Part shown: positions 58,907 through 64,000 of the stretch, piece after piece
Position numbering within the stretch: the stretch's first letter is position 1
Layout: each line of letters starts with the position of its first letter
Source: Macrostomum lignano
Taxonomy: Eukaryota
Assembly: GCA_002269645.1 (NCBI GenBank)
Contig: NIVC01000271.1
Location: 62,001 to 126,000, forward strand
DNA length: 64,000 bases
Reading direction: 5' to 3'
Position numbers and translations under genes: made by a program
Notes under the pieces: generated by a model
Database searches by the model: none
What the model saw: the letters and a program-made list of their open reading frames with translations, nothing else
Told to the model about the DNA's origin: nothing

Positions 58907-61900
58907 CCCAGTGAAAAAAATGATATGGATTCCATGTGGATTTTTCATATGAAATCCATATGTGCATTTGTCTCCGTCCATCCATGTGGAATCAAGATAT
59001 GGATTCCACATGGAAGATCCATATGGAAGTAATTATGTATTTCACATAGAATCCACATTGTCATTGAGTAAGCAGCCATTATACTGGTTGCCATAATAAA
59101 TTGTTGCATCCTAAATCTCAAAATAATACCAGATCTCAAAATTTCATACGAACCCCAGATCTCAATACCATATAAAAGAAACTGAAACACAGATAAAACA
59201 CTAGCTATAGCCAAAAATATTTCTGCACAAAAATTCAAAATTCAATATTCAAAAACGATGTAAGGTGTATTTATGTACAGTAGTGAGTCACTGGCACACA
59301 AAGAATAAACACACTGATGTAAATATTGATATCTTTAGAGTTGCACTGCGCATATGATATAATATATAATTTGAAATTGACATTGTCAATAGCATTAATT
59401 AATTAACAATAATATAATGCATTAGAATTAGAACAGTCAGAAACATGCTGCTGCCAATTGCCAGAATGCTGCTTCTTCAGGTCAGGTGAGCAACCTTAGA
59501 AAAGAAAGGGGTTAAGTTACAGAATTTTATAACAGATTGATGACAGATTTTGTAATAGATTTTGATAGATTTTGATGACAGAAAAAAATCAGTTTATAAC
59601 TAAAACTTACCATTGCTTCACAAAAGGTAGCATTTGAGATATTAAATTCAAATTCCAAGTAGCTTTGCAAGCTTCTTCAAATGCAAGACCAAGGTGACAT
59701 CCAAGTTTGAGGATGGGCCATGTAATGTTAGGCTGAAATGAAATAGAAAAATAATTGTTGCCAATTAAGATTGATAAATAATATTGATATAATTCATAAA
59801 ACTAATTTAATGATGAATACTTATAAAATAAAATAAAGTTTTTTTAAAATTAACTAGGCCTAAGTCCTAGGTTTATTTTTTTAGCGCAAAGTGTGCATAT
59901 GCACCCTAAATTTAAAAATTGCACCTTGAAAATTGAAATTAAAAAGTTGATGATACAGTTTAGGCGTGATCTCATTACCTATTTTTCTGTTGAAGCCTTT
60001 TTTGCACTGCCTTTATATAAGAAAAAAGAGAAACTGCATTCTAAGCCTTAAAATCATAAAACCCTAAAAGTGAGCATAGGGTATGATTTTGCACCTTGTC
60101 TCTAGCAAAAAAGAAAACCCTACCTAAGTCAATCAATAAAATAAAATTAATAAAATTAAAATAATAAGTACAAAAAATTAATATATTTCTATAAATTTAA
60201 TTTTTTATTTTAAAATTGATTTTAGACTATAAAGTGTCCCAGGGCTCTTAATTATTCTTTTACTAGCCATACTAGCTGCCACCACAGTTGTTACAAGGCT
60301 ATTTCTCCTTAATAATTCTACTGGTTATTAATTGTCTTTCTATTGGTAGCGCATATACTTCTATTGTACTTTCGGGCCTGAGCGGTCTATTGGCACTGTC
60401 TATTCTATTCCTATACTTCCCCTAAGAATATTATTCTCTCAGTCCTAGGCGTTCCCTGGATCAGAGGGTCACAGCTTATGCTCTTTCTCTGCCCTGAGGC
60501 GATCTTTCCCTCGCTCTGAGGCGGTTCTCCTGCCCTGAGGCGAATTTACTGTTACTGCCCTGAGGCAATCTCTCGCTTTGTAGCAGATTTCAATACTCCT
60601 CCCGATTTGGCGTTTTTACTCTAAGAAATGAAGAAGTCTTTAAGTCTTGCAAATAGGATTTAGTAGAACTCGCAATTTTGCGGTAAAAGACAGATTGCTC
60701 CCGGGTTGCTCCCAGGTCCATTCTGGACTCCTATTTATACTAGTTATGAAATGTATTTAAAACAAAAATTATTTCGTAAAATATTATTTGAATTCACAAC
60801 AGTAAAACAAAAATAATAATGATTTCTTTTTGCGCAGATTTGAACAAAGGTTTTTCTAAGAAAGGCAAACATAAAACGAGTAAAATTTAAAAGTATTAGA
60901 GCTATTATTAATGCCTGTCTCAAAAGTATTTAGGCAAAGCAATGCATGTTTTTTTTATATTTGCTGGCCTATTATGATTAAAAGGGGGGGCTGTAGCCAA
61001 GCGGTAGCACAGCTGCTCTGGTGTGCCAGCGACCTAGGCTCGATTCCAAGTGCAGTCATATTAATTTGAGGCTAAATTGGAATCTTGGCTTGGCTCTCTG
61101 CTTGTGCAATTAACGGCCTTGAGAGCCAACCCCCAAGACACAGTGAAGTATACATGCCTAACAATAAATAAAGTTAGGGCCACTATACACTCCTGTGTAA
61201 GTGTGCCTGCTCAGGGGAGTTAATGGAATGGGCAGCAATGCCTCTCGCCAGTTGTATGCCTATGTCGCTTAAAGTGTGCCAGGGTGCACACAACCCCCTG
61301 CCTTTAATAAAAAAATAGTATGATTAAACATTAGGCCTAATCTTAAAAGCTATGCCCTATGGCTATTAAATTCTGGACTTGGCCTAAATCAGATCAAATT
61401 TACAATAATCATTATTTATTTATAATAGCAACCTTAGGGATCTGCTAGGCTAGCTATGCCAAAAACAGGTTGCAAGTGTAATTGCAAAGAATTTATTTAT
61501 AATGATTAATAATATTGTTTTTAAAAAATGCAACAAGTCCAAAAGATGCTAACAGGCTTTTTGGAAGAAAATCATAAATGAATAGATTTTTAACAGATTA
61601 ACTAGATTGACTAGTCACAATTCACAAAGTCAAGCTAGTCTTAACCTTAATTAAAATAGAAGGACCTAAATTGATAGTTATAGGCCTAGCTTAAAATAGG
61701 CCTAATAAGCATACATAAATAGATAGGACTAATAGGCCTAGGTAGGACTAAGAGGAAATTATGAACTTCTAAAGGCCTATTTAAGTTTAAAAAATGAGTA
61801 GCCAATCTATGGACATGGCCATGGGATTCCTAGAAATTGGATAAGCCTAAATAAATTTATCATGGATGGATTTTACCAAAAGTATTAGGCCTATCTATGA

Positions 61901-62492
61901 TGAAATACTGATTTATCTAATTTCTAATCCCATGGAGGCCATGGCCTTGCCTTATAAGTTATTGCCTATAGGCTACGTCTACTAAAATTTTTAAGGTGCT
62001 TAAACAACCATAAACAAGGCAATTTATCTTTCAAGGCCTTGAACCAAGACATTGACGAATATAAAATAAAATAAATTTAATTTTAAAAAGCACGAAACGT
62101 TTTTTATTGTTCACTTCTATTTTGTCTATTTTAACAAACAGTATCTTATTTTCTAATTATAATTTAGCTTTAAGATATTAACTTTTACTTAAAAGCATAT
62201 AAAAATAATAATTAATTATAGTAATTTCATAAGAACGTCTGAATGTGGTGTATCACAGTTTTTTTATCGAAGTGGATTCCATGTTGAATCAATATACGCT
62301 TATTTCTCATGAATTCCTTGTAAAATCCACATCAACATTAGGACAGTAAAAATTAAAAAATAATGCATAAAAAATAATTTGCGTACCATTATGTCATCTT
62401 TAAGTCATTAATTTGCAAAAATTAAGGAAACATTTAAATTCCACATGGCCACGTGGAACCCACGTGGAATCCATGAATCATTTTTCACTGGG
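58907..62492. mobile_element. Non-autonomous CMC/EnSpm(CACTA)-like DNA transposon, 3,586 bp including a nested SINE
   Basis: TIRs CCCAGTGAAAAA..ATGGATTCCA at 58907 and TGGAATCCAT..TTTTTCACTGGG at 62492. 2-bp TSD TG. Multiple subterminal gattccaYRtgg repeats at both ends. No transposase ORF. Confidence 0.88.
60984..61315 (+). mobile_element. Full-length tRNA-derived SINE nested in the DNA transposon
   Basis: A-box TAGCCAAGCGG, B-box-like GGCTCGATTCC, taataaaaaaa tail. TSD tatgattaaa at 60973-60982 and 61319-61328. Colinear with 29038-29398. Confidence 0.92.
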
Positions 62493-62666
62493 TGGCAGCC
62501 CTGCGGCATCGCCATCAATGCCTCCCTGTGGACTGCCGGTCAGCCTGGAGACAACATGCCCCATATTGAGAACTTTGCCGGCATGTGGGGCACCGGAATC
62601 GGGGACTTCGCTCCCGATGTCATCTCTCTACTCGTGGCATGCTGTGCGAGTGCCTGTCGCCGTTCG

Positions 62667-62780
62667 ACTGAACTTGTGCCGTACTGAACTTGTGCCGTAC
62701 TGAACTTGTGCCGTACTACTGAACTTGTGCCGTACTGAACTTGTGCCGTACTGAACTTGTGCCGTACTGAACTTGTGCCG
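62667..62780. repeat. 16-19-bp repeat (actgaacttgtgccgt) starting at the lectin-2 stop codon
   Basis: Directly visible. Confidence 0.93.
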
Positions 62781-63258
62781 CTGTAGGCCCAGCTTAGCTT
62801 GAAAATTGTCACTTAAAATTAACGACTTGTTTGCTTATTCCCAACAAAAAAGGTAGATTTTTTTACAAACCAAACCAAAGCCACTTTATAGATTTCAACG
62901 TTCAAAAAATGATTGCGCTGTTTCGTTACGATTGTATTTGTGCAACTAAATCCGTTATATTATTACTTACAAACGCAGCCCGGTACATTTTTTTTCTTGA
63001 AGAAATTAAGACTACTAAAAAAATTATGTTTAAATAAAACAGAAGCCGTTAACAACACATTTTATGAAACAAAATGACTAATTTTCCATTTTAACACATT
63101 CTATGGGTGAAATGAAAGTAGGCGATTTAGCGGTTGTGAAATTTCGCGTTTGTGGAAGCAACCCGTTTGGGCTTATTGCCATGCCAATGCAGTTTGTCTA
63201 CCTTTGGCGGTCTCGTTCCCGACATCAGCAAAGATCTATGAAAACCGTTTTTCATTCT

Positions 63259-64000
63259 CCCAGTAAAAAAGGGTAGTCGGAATTCGATTGGAATCTGATC
63301 GGAATTTAATCGGCAGTCGGAATTTGCCGGAAAAGGTTTAAACCACAATATTTTGTTTTATATAACACGTTACTATGATAATAAGCATAAAAAATACAAG
63401 AAAATGTTTTTCGAGCTATATTTGCGCAATCGGAAAATAGTCGGAAACCATCTCTTCTTCTTCCGATCGGAATTTGTACTCATTTTTCTTCCTACTTTCT
63501 GATACAGCCATATTCATAACGCATGTGCTGTACTAAACGTGTTTTCTTGCTTTTATGTATTGCCAGAATGTGCAGAATATACCTTTATGATACAAAAAAT
63601 TACTACAATAATTCAGTTTTTGTTTTGATGCCACAAAAAAATGCTGGCCATCCAATTTATATCGAAAGTATTTAAAAAGCGATTTATTTTTTACCTTCCT
63701 CTCTATATAACCTTTTCGTTATATTTTTGCTTATAGCGTCTTTCCACTGGCACTAGCACTGGCCCTGGCAAAAATATTACTAAATTAAAATTAAAAACCT
63801 TGTTATTAAAAACCTACTTAATGCCTAACCACTATCTTATTAATTATTGCTAATTGCAATACTCCTAGGCCTACTCCTATTGCAATTCCTACTTTACTAG
63901 GGCCTAGGCCTAGCCTATTTTGCTACACATTTTTCTCAAGATTGTCTTTAAAGCAGTATTTTCATTTAACTACAACTACAACTTATACCTTGTTTTTCTT
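63259..64000. mobile_element. Possible left end of a second CCCAG-terminal element running out of the window
   Basis: CCCAGTAAAAAA at 63259 followed by clustered tcggaa(t) subterminal-like repeats; partner end not in the window. Confidence 0.45.

Larger units (their letters stand above)
57973..62671 (+). pseudogene. Second PAN + C-type lectin paralogue, disrupted by a DNA transposon and a +2 frameshift
   Basis: Exon 57973-58033 (phase 1) and exon 58369-58906 resuming at 62495-62671. Removing the insert restores GGWSWQPCG. There are 17 nt versus 15 nt before cgtggcatgctgtgcgag relative to paralogue 1 (extra ct near 62625). Confidence 0.85.

Noticed and set aside
58945-59238. 97-aa hydrophobic minus ORF inside the DNA transposon
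   Set aside because: AT-rich subterminal repeat region, non-ATG start, no transposase motif.

Overview
Intron-rich animal genomic DNA with short GC-rich exons set in AT-rich DNA and many tandem repeats. The style resembles a free-living flatworm such as Macrostomum, but that is inference only. All gene models were assembled by hand with phase-checked GT-AG junctions. Genes found: the tail of an SLC26-like exon; a complete 3-exon ETFDH; a PH-domain (PLEKHA-like) gene whose last large coding exon is split by a recent 4,167-bp non-LTR retrotransposon (APE-RT-RNase H, 10-bp TSD); a 2-exon SLC49A4/DIRC2-like MFS transporter; a 131-aa neuropeptide precursor releasing nine PW-amide peptides; and two PAN/Apple + C-type lectin paralogues, the second broken by a 3.6-kb CCCAG-ended DNA transposon and a frameshift. 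Mobile elements also include a tRNA-derived SINE family (3 copies), a second SINE-like relic, an 8-bp-TSD MITE family (3 copies) and a hAT-like element. Both SINE types share a 3' motif with the LINE 3' UTR. Most introns are filled by their own mini- or microsatellite, and most long ORFs in the supplied track are artefacts of these arrays.
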